DNA from: Chloroflexota bacterium | GTDB taxonomy: Bacteria > Chloroflexota > Limnocylindria > Limnocylindrales > CSP1-4 | Length of the DNA: 64,000 nucleotides | Reading direction: 5' to 3' | NCBI GenBank assembly: GCA_019637815.1 | Contig: JAHBUZ010000006.1 | Location: 128,522 to 192,521 of the forward strand | Part shown: positions 9,051-18,292 of the stretch, in pieces | Layout: every line of letters starts with the position of its first letter | How positions within the stretch are numbered: the first letter of the stretch is position 1 | Notes under the pieces: model-generated | What the model saw: only the letters and a program-made list of their open reading frames with translations | Told to the model about the DNA's origin: nothing | Database searches by the model: none | Program-made: the position numbers and the translations under genes

Positions 9051-10415
9051 TCAGGGCCCGGCGAGCAGCTCCACCGCGGTCGCCAGCGCAGGGTCCGTGG
9101 CCTCGCTCGTCTGATGCCAGAGGGTCGGGACGTGCACGTCCGGGACGATGCCCGTCACATCCCAGACACCCAGGTCCGCACCGACCGGCTGGAACGCGCC
9201 CGTCGCAAGCATCACCATCCAGCCGTGCGGCAGATCCAGCGGCACGAGGATCTCCATGTTGGCGCGCGTGGATGCCCCGACGAGGGTCGCGCGATCCACG
9301 TGCCCCAGCACGCCCGCCAGGATCTCGCCGAACGAGTTCGTCTGCGGGCCGATGAGCGCCACGAGCGGCACCGTCTGGGAGCCACCGATGTCGACGGGCT
9401 CCAGGAGCAGTGGCTCGCGCCAGTCCCGGCCCAGCCAGGCGCCCGGCTCGCCCACCGCGAACAGGTCGAGGATCGGCAACAGGACCTCGGCCCAGCCACC
9501 GTCGTTCACGCGACCATCGAGGATGAGGCCCGTGAGCGGACCGTCGGCGGTCATCGCCTCCAGCGCCTCGCGGACCTGGTCGTCGACCGTGCCATCGCCG
9601 AGCGTGGGCAGGAACAGGTAGCCGATGCGCGTACCGGGCACCACGCAGGAGTCGATCGGGAACCCACCGGACACCTCGCGTCGCACGATCGTGATGTCGC
9701 GGGCCGCCTCGCCAGGACTGCGGATCGTCAGCGTCACGGGCGTCCCGACCGGGCCGCGGACCAGGCTCTGGCCGACCTCGTCCAGGACCGGTCCTCCGTC
9801 CACGGCGAGGATGGCATCCCGCGGACGTAGGCCCGCCCCTGCGGCAGGGCCGCCCGGGAGCACCGCGACCACCACCTCGTGGTCAGCCGACCCGAGTGGG
9901 ATGGACCAGAGGCCGATCCCGACGTAGTCCACCGCACCCGCGAGCAGGCCCATGGCCTCGGCGACGTCGTCGGGACCCAGGACATACGAGTGGTCATCGT
10001 CCAGCTGGTGGACGGCCCAGCCGAGAAGTGCCCGGAACGCTGCCTCGTCCAGACCGCTGGCGATGTGGGCGCGCGCCGCCGCGGTCACTGCGTCCCAGCT
10101 GGCTCCTGTCCGCTCCGGATGGAGGTAGTGGTCACGGACGGCCTGCGCGAGCGCGTCCAGGATCGCTCCCTGACGCTCGACCACCGCCGTGTCCGGCCCA
10201 CTCGATGACGGCGGCGGCAGGGTCGGTGCTGGGCGGCGAAGGGCCGCCTCCGCGACATCCGGTGGTGTCCAGGCGACCGCCGAGCGACCCGGGACGAAGT
10301 CGCAGGCCCGCACGGACGACGCACCACCATCGACCATGGGCGCAGGCGGGGGAGTCATGGTGACGGCCCCGACGACCACCAGGAGACCGCCCAGGAGCGC
10401 AGTGTGACCAGCCAT
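9051..10415 (-). CDS. S41 family peptidase (C-terminal processing peptidase) with a PDZ domain
   Basis: N-terminal signal/anchor LLGGLLVVVGAV. PDZ-like VLPGGPAAGAGLRPRDAILAVDG. S41 core LILDGRVNDGGW ... SFGEILAG. Confidence 0.7.
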   Translation of the reverse strand: MAGHTALLGGLLVVVGAVTMTPPPAPMVDGGASSVRACDFVPGRSAVAWTPPDVAEAALRRPAPTLPPPSSSGPDTAVVERQGAILDALAQAVRDHYLHPERTGASWDAVTAAARAHIASGLDEAAFRALLGWAVHQLDDDHSYVLGPDDVAEAMGLLAGAVDYVGIGLWSIPLGSADHEVVVAVLPGGPAAGAGLRPRDAILAVDGGPVLDEVGQSLVRGPVGTPVTLTIRSPGEAARDITIVRREVSGGFPIDSCVVPGTRIGYLFLPTLGDGTVDDQVREALEAMTADGPLTGLILDGRVNDGGWAEVLLPILDLFAVGEPGAWLGRDWREPLLLEPVDIGGSQTVPLVALIGPQTNSFGEILAGVLGHVDRATLVGASTRANMEILVPLDLPHGWMVMLATGAFQPVGADLGVWDVTGIVPDVHVPTLWHQTSEATDPALATAVELLAGP

Positions 10416-10476
10416 CGAGCACCCTCGATCCAGACCGTTCGGGCGAGTCTACGCGACCGGCGTCACCCATCGACCG

Positions 10477-12012
10477 GTGCCCGCGCACGTCGGGGACGTG
10501 GCGTCGGCCCACGCGGGTCGGGTACCGTTGGCAGCGATCACCGACCGTAACCGGGGACGCGCCGTGACCACCAGCATCGACCTGCTCCAGACCCTTCGCA
10601 CGGGGCTACCCGGACGCGCCGAGCCGCAACGGCACGTGGTCATCGTGGGTGCGGGCATCGCGGGGCTCGTGAGCGCGATGCTGCTCAAGGAGGCGGGGCA
10701 CCGCGTGACCATCCTCGAGGCACGCAACCGCCTCGGCGGTCGGATCCACACGTATCGCGGCTTCGCCAACGGGATGTACGGCGAGTTCGGGGCGATGCGC
10801 TTCCCCCGGCAGCATCACCTGGGCCAGCAGCTCATCCACGAGCGCTTCCGGCTGCCCACCACGCCCTTTCCGATGGTCGATGAGGACACCTGGGTCTACC
10901 TCGACGGCCGCGGGGTGCGTCGGAGCGCGTTCACGGCCGACACGTTCGACTTCGGCCTGCAGGACCACGAGCGTGGCTTCCCGCCGGCGGACCTCCTGCG
11001 CCGGGTCATGACGCCACTCATCGAGCTCGTGGGTCAGCCCGGTGGCTGGGCGGAGCTCATCGCCCGCTATGACCGCTACTCGCTCCTCGACTACCTCATC
11101 GAGCAGGGCGTGAGCGAGCCCTGTCGGGCGCTCATCGGGCCCGTGCTCAACCTGGAGGGTCGCTTCCACTTCTCGCTCGCGGAGTGGTTCACCCACTACC
11201 ACGAGGATGTGTTCGGGGACCTCGAGTACATCGATACCGGCGCCGATACGCTGGCCCACGCGTTCGGCCCGCTCCTGCTGCCCGACACCCGCCTGGGCGC
11301 AGAGGTGCGGGCCATCGAGCAGGACCCCGCGGGTGTCGTGGTCCACTATCGGACCGCCATCGGGGGCGATGTGGCCGTACCCGCCGACGAGTGCATCGTG
11401 ACCGTGCCGTTCGTGCTCCTGCGGCACATGGAGATCGGCGGCCTCGATGTCGCCAAGCAGTTCAACATGCGCAACGTCTATTACGGCCGTGCCCACAAGG
11501 TGTTCATGCAGTTCAGCCGCCGATGGTGGGCGGAGGACGAGGACATCACCCATGGCGTGAGCGTCACGGACCTCGCCATCCGGAACATCGTGTACACGCC
11601 GGCCGGCCAGGATCCCTCCGGACAGCGGGGCATCATCATCGCGTCCTACGCGTGGGAGCAGGACAGCATGGCCTGGAGCATGCTCACCGAGGAGCAGCGG
11701 ATCGTGCAGGCGATGGAGGACCTGTGCAAGATCCATCCCCAGGCCGCCGCCACGTTCGAGATGGGCATCTCCCACGACTGGGCGCTCGATCCCTACGCCG
11801 GTGGCATCGGACCCCTGTTCCGACCCCACGAGATGTGCAGCGAGGCGTACGACGACGTCATCCGGCCGGCGGGTCGGGTGTGGTTCGCGAACGATGCCTG
11901 CGACCTCAAGGGTCGGCGCTGGATCGAGGGCGCGATCGCGGCGGCCATCAAGAACGCGTTCGCCATCCACGCCGGGATGCGCGACGAGCTGCCGGTGGCC
12001 GGGGCGGTCTGA
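10477..12012 (+). CDS. flavin-dependent amine oxidase (L-amino-acid oxidase / monoamine oxidase family)
   Basis: Dinucleotide-binding motif VVIVGAGIAGLVSA...EARNRLGGRI. The C-terminal WFANDA...WIEGAI is typical of the family. The start may be the GTG near 10564. Confidence 0.75.
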   Translation: MPAHVGDVASAHAGRVPLAAITDRNRGRAVTTSIDLLQTLRTGLPGRAEPQRHVVIVGAGIAGLVSAMLLKEAGHRVTILEARNRLGGRIHTYRGFANGMYGEFGAMRFPRQHHLGQQLIHERFRLPTTPFPMVDEDTWVYLDGRGVRRSAFTADTFDFGLQDHERGFPPADLLRRVMTPLIELVGQPGGWAELIARYDRYSLLDYLIEQGVSEPCRALIGPVLNLEGRFHFSLAEWFTHYHEDVFGDLEYIDTGADTLAHAFGPLLLPDTRLGAEVRAIEQDPAGVVVHYRTAIGGDVAVPADECIVTVPFVLLRHMEIGGLDVAKQFNMRNVYYGRAHKVFMQFSRRWWAEDEDITHGVSVTDLAIRNIVYTPAGQDPSGQRGIIIASYAWEQDSMAWSMLTEEQRIVQAMEDLCKIHPQAAATFEMGISHDWALDPYAGGIGPLFRPHEMCSEAYDDVIRPAGRVWFANDACDLKGRRWIEGAIAAAIKNAFAIHAGMRDELPVAGAV

Positions 12013-12031
12013 TCTACGGGGGCGGTCCGAT

Positions 12032-12874
12032 CTACTTGCCCGTGCCGCGCGTGAAGCCGTTGTAGATGTAGCGCTGGAGCGCCAGGAACACGATGAGCGT
12101 CGGGATGATGGTGATGACCACACCCGCGGAGATGACCTGCCAGTCCGCGCTGTAGGGGCCCTGGAACCGGAACAGCGAGGTCGCCACCACACCCAGGTCC
12201 CGCGACGGCATGTACAGGAACGGGATGTAGAACTCGTTGTAGATCGCGACGCCCTTGATGATGACCACCGTCGCGATGGCCGGCTTCAGCAGCGGCAGCA
12301 CGATCGACCGATACACCCGGAACGACGATGCACCATCGAGGTAGGCCGCCTCATCCAGTGACCTGGGCACGCCGCGCAGGAACTGGAGGAAGATGTAGAT
12401 GCCGATGATGTCCGTGCTGGTGAACAGCGCGATGGCCGCCCAGCGGGTGTTGAACAGGCCCATGCCCACGACCAGCTGGAACGTGGCCACCTGCGCGGTG
12501 ACCGCTGGCACGAGCGTCGCGAACAGGAACAGGAACACCACGAGGCGGCGGCCCCGGAAGTCGAACCGGCTGATGGCGAAGGCTGCCATGGACCCGATGA
12601 GGATCGACCCGGTCACCGACACCACGAGGATGAACGTGGTGTTGAGCAGGCCCATGGCCATGCCACCGCGCGTGAACGCGGTGATGAAGTTGTCCAGGTG
12701 GAACCAGTCCACCGGCACGCCCAGCGGACCACCCTCGCGGAATTCCGCGCGGGTCTTGAAGCCCGCCATGAACACGACGATGAGTGGCAGCAGCGCCACC
12801 GTGGCGGCGAGCACCAGCGAGGCATAGACGACGACGTTGCCCGCCAGCGAGCGGGCCTGGCTGCCGAGGGTCAT
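12032..12874 (-). CDS. carbohydrate ABC transporter permease (CUT1, MalG-like)
   Basis: Six hydrophobic segments. EAA-loop-like DEAAYLDGASSFRVYRSIVLP. 4-nt overlap with the upstream permease gene. Confidence 0.85.
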   Translation of the reverse strand: MTLGSQARSLAGNVVVYASLVLAATVALLPLIVVFMAGFKTRAEFREGGPLGVPVDWFHLDNFITAFTRGGMAMGLLNTTFILVVSVTGSILIGSMAAFAISRFDFRGRRLVVFLFLFATLVPAVTAQVATFQLVVGMGLFNTRWAAIALFTSTDIIGIYIFLQFLRGVPRSLDEAAYLDGASSFRVYRSIVLPLLKPAIATVVIIKGVAIYNEFYIPFLYMPSRDLGVVATSLFRFQGPYSADWQVISAGVVITIIPTLIVFLALQRYIYNGFTRGTGK

Positions 12875-13812
12875 TGGCTGATGTCCACCGGGTCATCCCG
12901 GATGATGCGTCGCTGGATCCCGGTGACGACCAGGATGATGAGCAGCAGCGTCACGGCCATCGCGGACCCGAGCCCCACCTTGTGGAACTTGAACGCGATG
13001 TCCACGGTCTGGATGACGAACGTGGAGGAGCCGTTCGAACCGCCGGTCATGATGTACGGGATGTCGAACACGGCGAGCGAGCCCTGGATGGCCAGGATGA
13101 AGCTGAGGCCGATGACCGGCTTGATGCCCGGTGCGATGACGTGCCGGAGCTGCTGCCAGCGACTCGCTCCGTCGATGGATGCGGCCTCCAGGATCTCGTG
13201 GGGGATGGACTGGATGGCCCCCAGGAACAGCACGAAGTTGAGGCCCATGTAGCGCCAGACCGAGACGCTCGCGAGGGATGCGTTGTTGAGCCCGCGCTCG
13301 CCCAGCCAGTGCCGCTGGTGATCCTCGAGACCGAACCCCGCGAGCAGCGTGTCCAGCACGCCATCCGGCTGGAACACGTACAGGAAGATGAAGCCGATGG
13401 CGACGCCGTTGATGAGGTACGGGAAGAAGATGATGCCCTTGAACACGTTCCGGAAGCGGACGTTGTAGCTGAGGAGCACCGCGAGGTACAGCGCGAGCCC
13501 CAGCTGGATGAACGCCCCGGCGAGGTAGAACAGGCTGGTGGCGAAGACCCCGAACAGCTCCGGCCGACGGAACACCTCGGTGTAGTTGTCGAGGCCGATG
13601 AACGGCCGGTCCCTCGACAGCCCGTCCCATTCCAGCGTGCTGAAGGAGAACATCGCGCCGATCGGGACGTACGTGAAGACCAGGAGCAGCGTGACCGGGA
13701 TCGCGAGGTACGCCCAGGGCACGGCAGCGCGACGCAGGCGCATGGACAGCGGCATGCCCACCGCGTGTGCGGCGGGCACGGGCGTCACGCCCTGCACGGG
13801 TTCCGACCGCAC
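12871..13812 (-). CDS. sugar ABC transporter permease (CUT1, MalF-like)
   Basis: EAA loop EAASIDGASRWQQLRHVIAPG and multiple TM helices. The start may be an internal Met at 13755 or 13743. Confidence 0.85.
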   Translation of the reverse strand: MRSEPVQGVTPVPAAHAVGMPLSMRLRRAAVPWAYLAIPVTLLLVFTYVPIGAMFSFSTLEWDGLSRDRPFIGLDNYTEVFRRPELFGVFATSLFYLAGAFIQLGLALYLAVLLSYNVRFRNVFKGIIFFPYLINGVAIGFIFLYVFQPDGVLDTLLAGFGLEDHQRHWLGERGLNNASLASVSVWRYMGLNFVLFLGAIQSIPHEILEAASIDGASRWQQLRHVIAPGIKPVIGLSFILAIQGSLAVFDIPYIMTGGSNGSSTFVIQTVDIAFKFHKVGLGSAMAVTLLLIILVVTGIQRRIIRDDPVDISQ

Positions 13813-13975
13813 CGATCGCTCCCTCGCTCCATCGGGCCCGGATGGCCGCCGGGCATCGACCTGGACATGATGCGCCGGAGACCCTGACGGCCGGGCTGCC
13901 GGGGAGAGGGGGGTGATCTCCCGTCGCGCCCGGCCGTCGGTGCGGACCGGCGTGCCTGCCGTCAGCAGGCGGTGG

Positions 13976-15271
13976 TCACTGGCCGGTCACCTCCGCCCGG
14001 GCCGCCGCCCAGCGGGTGTTCAGGTCCGTGAAGATGGCCTCCAGCGTCTCGCCGGACGCACCGCGTGCTGCGTCCACGATCCGCTGGCGGTACTGGGGCT
14101 GCCAGAGACCGATCTCCGCCTGCGCATCGATCTGGTCCACCCACCCCTCTTCACCGGCCGGCGCGGGGTTCTGGAGCAGGAGCCTGACGCCCAGCTCCTG
14201 GAAGGGCGCGAGCGCAGCCGGGAACTCGCCATCGACGCGGGGCGGGATCTGCTGCTCGTCCGCGGCGAAGCCGGACTCGTCCGCGAACCAGGTCACCCAC
14301 GCGCGCGCGGCGTCCTTGTTCCCGGAGTGGATGTTGATGCCCATGTGGTAGTCGCCACCGGCGCCCGAGTAGTACGCCCCGTCCACCTGGTAGGGGAACG
14401 GGATGTAGCCGATGTCATCAGCGCTGGCACCCGCGTTCGCGGCCGCCGCCTGCATCTGGGTGATGGCCCAGCCACCGAGCGCCATCGCGCCCACCTGACC
14501 GGTGCCGATGAGATCCTTGGAGGGCTCCCATGCGGTGGTCGTGGGGTCCGCCTCGACCAGTCCGGCCGCGACGGCATCGAAGATCAGCCTGTCGATCACG
14601 TAGTGGTCGCGACCCTCGCCCCAGGGGTCGTCGATGTGGGCGAGGTCGTTGACCTCGTCAGGGCTGCCGCTGATGGAGCCACGATAGGCCTCCCACTGGG
14701 TCATCGGCCAGCCGTCCGCGTAGTTCGTGTACAGCGGGATCGCGTCCGTCTGGTCCTTGATGGCCTGGAGCGCCGCGAGGAACTCCTCGGGCGTCGTGGG
14801 CACCGAGGTCACGCCGGCAGCCTCCCAGACCTTCGTGTTGACCACGAAGCCGGATGCGTTGCCGGCCGTCGGGATGCCGTAGACGACCCCGTCGAACGCC
14901 TTCTCGGTGATGAAGTTGTAGACCGGGGCGAGCTCGTCGAGCGTGCCCAGGGGCTCGAAGAACGTGCTCAGCTGATCGGCGCGCACGGACGGCGGGATCA
15001 TGAGCACATCGCCGTACTCCGGGGTGTTCATCCGGATGGCGACCTCGTTCGCGTAGTCCGTGAGGCCCTCGAACTGGACCGTGATGTCCGGGTAGACCTC
15101 GTTGAACGCCGCGACGTAGCGGGCCAGCGTGCCGTCCTCGATACGGTCCGTGCGGTGGGTGAGCACCGTGATGGTGCCCGATGGCGCGTCCTGGGCGACC
15201 GCCAGCGCGGGCGCCAGGGTCAGGGCACTCGCCGCCAGGATGCCCGTGATCGCCGTGAGTCGTCTGCTCAT
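13976..15271 (-). CDS. ABC transporter extracellular solute-binding protein (sugar)
   Basis: Internal ATG (codon 28 of track ORF 13976..15352) gives MSRRLTAITGILAASALTLAPALAVAQ, a signal peptide. Family-1 SBP-like composition. Confidence 0.8.
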   Translation of the reverse strand: MSRRLTAITGILAASALTLAPALAVAQDAPSGTITVLTHRTDRIEDGTLARYVAAFNEVYPDITVQFEGLTDYANEVAIRMNTPEYGDVLMIPPSVRADQLSTFFEPLGTLDELAPVYNFITEKAFDGVVYGIPTAGNASGFVVNTKVWEAAGVTSVPTTPEEFLAALQAIKDQTDAIPLYTNYADGWPMTQWEAYRGSISGSPDEVNDLAHIDDPWGEGRDHYVIDRLIFDAVAAGLVEADPTTTAWEPSKDLIGTGQVGAMALGGWAITQMQAAAANAGASADDIGYIPFPYQVDGAYYSGAGGDYHMGINIHSGNKDAARAWVTWFADESGFAADEQQIPPRVDGEFPAALAPFQELGVRLLLQNPAPAGEEGWVDQIDAQAEIGLWQPQYRQRIVDAARGASGETLEAIFTDLNTRWAAARAEVTGQ

Positions 15272-15398
15272 CTCTCTCCTCGTCTGACGGCGACCCGCGA
15301 GAACGGTGAGGCCCACCCCGCCGAGTGCCGGACTCCTCCGAAGCGGATGCACGCTACCCCGCTGGACTTTCCCATGTCAAGTGGAATTCCAGCAGTTG

Positions 15399-15442
15399 GA
15401 TACTGAAGTATCAGTTGACAGGTTCAGGGAATAGGCTACGAT
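15399..15442 (+). promoter_or_regulatory. candidate operator palindrome GATACTGAAGTATC followed by a TTGACA-16nt-TACGAT promoter for the GH130 gene
   Basis: AT-richer island in the divergent SBP/GH130 intergenic region. 6-2-6 perfect inverted repeat immediately upstream of a consensus -35. Coordinates +/-2 nt. Confidence 0.5.
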
Positions 15443-15480
15443 CACGTCCCCAACGACCCCGATCACGACCCGGAGGCAGC

Positions 15481-16572
15481 GTGTCCGGAACCGCGTCCAC
15501 GAATGGCATCAGCGACCAGGCGGTCGACCCGGCGCGACCGGCGTCGGACGGGTCTCCGCGGGAGGCCGGCCTGCGGATCCGCCCGGTGCCCGGCCCTGCG
15601 GGCGCACCCGTGCCGCCCATCCCCTGGGAGGACCGACCCGGCGGCAGCACTGCCGTCATGTGGCGCTCGAGCCGCAACCCGATCATCCCGCGCGACCTGC
15701 TGCCCCGCTCCAACAGCATCTTCAACTCCGCGGCCGTGCCCTTCGGCGAGGGGTATGCCGGCGTCTTCCGGGTGGATGACCAGACCCGGACCATGGACCT
15801 GCACGTGGGCCGGTCCGCCGACGGCATCGACTGGGTGATCGAGCCCGAGCCCATCCGCTTCCAGCCGGCGGATGACCGGGTGCGCGAGCTCGCCGAGCGA
15901 CCCTTCGAGCATGCCTATGACCCGCGGGTGACCTGGCTCGAGGACCGCTGGTACGTCACGTGGTGCAACGGGTACCACGGGCCGACCATCGGCATCGCGT
16001 GGACGGACGACTTCCGCACGTTCCACCAGCTGGACAACGCGTACCTGCCCTTCAACCGGAACGGGGTGCTGTTCCCGCGCCGCATCGGCGGCCGCTACGC
16101 GATGCTCAATCGGCCGAGCGACAACGGCCACACCCCGTTCGGCGACATCTTCTGGTCGGAGAGCCCGGACCTGGTCCACTGGGGTCGTCATCGCCACGTG
16201 ATGGCACCCGAGACCTGGACGTGGGCCTCCACCAAGATCGGTGCCGGCCCCACGCCCATCGAGACCTCCGAGGGCTGGCTGCTCATCTACCACGGGGTGC
16301 TCACGTCCGCGAACGGCTTCGTGTACTCCATGGGGGCTGCGCTGCTGGACCTCGATGAGCCGTGGCGGGTCATCGCCCGCGGCAGGGACTACCTGCTGTC
16401 ACCCCAGGTGGGCTACGAGCAGGTCGGGGACGTGCCCAACGTGGTGTTCCCGTGCGCGGCGCTCGTGGACCCGGCGACCGACCGCATCACCATCTACTAC
16501 GGGGCGGCGGACACGGTCACCTGTCTGGCCCACGGGTACGTCTCGGAGGTCATCGCGTCCATCCGCGGCTGA
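15481..16572 (+). CDS. GH130 family glycoside hydrolase / beta-mannoside phosphorylase
   Basis: GTG at 15481 preceded by [53 protein letters not shown] and IYYGAADT are typical of GH130. Confidence 0.75.
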   Translation: MSGTASTNGISDQAVDPARPASDGSPREAGLRIRPVPGPAGAPVPPIPWEDRPGGSTAVMWRSSRNPIIPRDLLPRSNSIFNSAAVPFGEGYAGVFRVDDQTRTMDLHVGRSADGIDWVIEPEPIRFQPADDRVRELAERPFEHAYDPRVTWLEDRWYVTWCNGYHGPTIGIAWTDDFRTFHQLDNAYLPFNRNGVLFPRRIGGRYAMLNRPSDNGHTPFGDIFWSESPDLVHWGRHRHVMAPETWTWASTKIGAGPTPIETSEGWLLIYHGVLTSANGFVYSMGAALLDLDEPWRVIARGRDYLLSPQVGYEQVGDVPNVVFPCAALVDPATDRITIYYGAADTVTCLAHGYVSEVIASIRG

Positions 16573-16587
16573 GCGGCCGGGTCCCGA

Positions 16588-17670
16588 CTAGGAGCGGGTG
16601 GCGGGTTCCCGCACCGAGCGACGCTCCACGAGACGTGGCCGCAGCGATGCCTGGACCACGTGGCCGTCCGGCAGCTCCATCCGATGGATCAGCAGGGCGA
16701 CCGCGAGTCGACCCATGCCCAGCTTGTCCACCGCCATCGTGGTCAGCGGTGGCGACACGTGGCGCGCCAGGTCGATGTCGTCATAGCCCATCACGGAGAG
16801 TCGGTCGGGGACGCCGATGCCCGCCCGACGCGCGGCGTCGATGAGCGCCACGGCGACCGCGTCATTGGCGCAGAAGACGGCCGTCACCTCGGGATGCTGC
16901 TCGAGATATCCCATGCCGGCAGCCGCTGCCGCCTCGGGCGGCACGTGCGGCGTGTCCACGAAGTGGGGCCGGAGCCCCGCCTCCGCGATGACCGTCTCGT
17001 ACGCGCGTCGTCGCTGGGCCATGCTCGGGAACGAATCGGGCCGGGTGCCCACGAGGCAGATCGACCGGTGGCCGCGTGCGATGAGATGCTCCACCGCGGT
17101 CCGGGCGCCGGCCGCGTTGTCGCTCACGACCGCGTCCAGCGCCGCGTCCTCCGCGTAGGCGTCCACCAGCACGGCGGGTGGACCGTCCTCCAGGAGGGCC
17201 GCCGTGCCCCGACTGAGGTGCGCGCCGATGACGATGAGCCCGTCGCAGGCGCGCTCGGTGACCAGCCGCGGGACATCCAGCGGGTGGTACGCGTCGTCCA
17301 CGGGCATGTGCGCGAACAGCAGATCCGCCTCTCGTTCGCGGCACATCGCCTCCACACCCGCCATGATCGGCGCGTAGAAGCTGTTGACCTCCGGGATGTC
17401 ACCGTGGGGCGCCTTGATGACCATGCCCAGCGTGACCGGCCGCACCCGGCGACCGTTGCCACGGCCCGCGGATCGATAGCCCAGCCGGCGAGCCACGTCG
17501 GTCACCCGCTCCCGGGTCTGGCGGCTCACCCCCGGCTCGCCCCGGAGCGCGAGCGATGCGGCGGCCGAGGAGACACCCGCCTCCTGCGCCACATCGGCGA
17601 GCGTGATCCGACGCCGGCCCGCGCCGTCGCCGCTGGTTGGACTCACGAGAGCTGACGGTATCAGTGCCAT
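16588..17670 (-). CDS. LacI family transcriptional regulator
   Basis: HTH ITLADVAQEAGVSSAAASLALRG...VSRQTRERVTDVARRLGY plus a periplasmic-binding-protein-like effector domain. Confidence 0.85.
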   Translation of the reverse strand: MALIPSALVSPTSGDGAGRRRITLADVAQEAGVSSAAASLALRGEPGVSRQTRERVTDVARRLGYRSAGRGNGRRVRPVTLGMVIKAPHGDIPEVNSFYAPIMAGVEAMCREREADLLFAHMPVDDAYHPLDVPRLVTERACDGLIVIGAHLSRGTAALLEDGPPAVLVDAYAEDAALDAVVSDNAAGARTAVEHLIARGHRSICLVGTRPDSFPSMAQRRRAYETVIAEAGLRPHFVDTPHVPPEAAAAAGMGYLEQHPEVTAVFCANDAVAVALIDAARRAGIGVPDRLSVMGYDDIDLARHVSPPLTTMAVDKLGMGRLAVALLIHRMELPDGHVVQASLRPRLVERRSVREPATRS

Positions 17671-18042
17671 CTTCAGTCGTCAAAGCGGGCGTGTGCGGGC
17701 GCCCAGCCGTGTGGCGTGCCATGGCGTGCCCCGCCTGTGCGCGGAGGGCCGCGGGGGCCAAGTGTCGCGGAAAGGCCGCGGCGGAGGGGGTGCCTTCATG
17801 CGGCGGAGAGGGTGCCGTCATGCGGCGCGGGCGCCACAGGGCCACCTGCCGAGCATCCTCGGCATCTTCCTGGACGATCGACCGGACTGGTCGGCCACGT
17901 GCCGGCCCATCGTGGCCGATTCCATGCCGATCGCTCGACTGGTGGGTCGATCGCCGGCTCGCCTGAGCGTGGAGACGTGCCATGACCCTCTGCGACTCGT
18001 GGCTCGTGGTCCACCAGTCAGACCATCTGGCAGGGTTTCCCA

Positions 18043-18120
18043 GGGCGAGGGCGAGGGCGAGGGCGAGGGCGAGGGCGAGGGCGAGGGCGAGGGCGAGGGC
18101 GAGGGCGAGGGCGAGGGCGA
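18043..18120. repeat. perfect hexanucleotide microsatellite (GGGCGA/GGCGAG) x13
   Basis: 78 bp of uninterrupted 6-bp periodicity read from the sequence, about 170 bp upstream of the dnaJ start. It produces the (GE)n, (RA)n, (AL)n, (PS)n and (RP)n runs in several track ORFs. Confidence 0.9.
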
Positions 18121-18292
18121 GGGCCTGGGCGGTGCGTCGCTCGGGCTGCACGCTGTGTGGCGCGCCAGCCGCCCGCGACCGCCACGATCATGGCCGACGG
18201 GAGGGCCACCGCGATGGCTGCCGACCCTGCCGCGACGGCGCGGCCTCGCGCCACGGCCGACACCGGCGCCTTCCCTATACTCGGACGACACC

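Noticed and set aside
18043-18120. Possible CRISPR array or other spaced repeat.
   Set aside because: The tract is pure 6-bp tandem units with no spacers, and no cas genes are in the window.
17603-18292. An in-frame upstream extension of dnaJ containing a (Gly-Glu)13 tract. It could be read as a novel N-terminal domain or a separate repeat protein (also the PSPS, RPRP and ALAL ORFs on either strand).
   Set aside because: There is no RBS or credible start. The composition is typical of a high-GC non-coding read-through. The J domain starts at a canonical MTSTRDYYDILGV with its own ATG. The repeat is better explained as an intergenic microsatellite.
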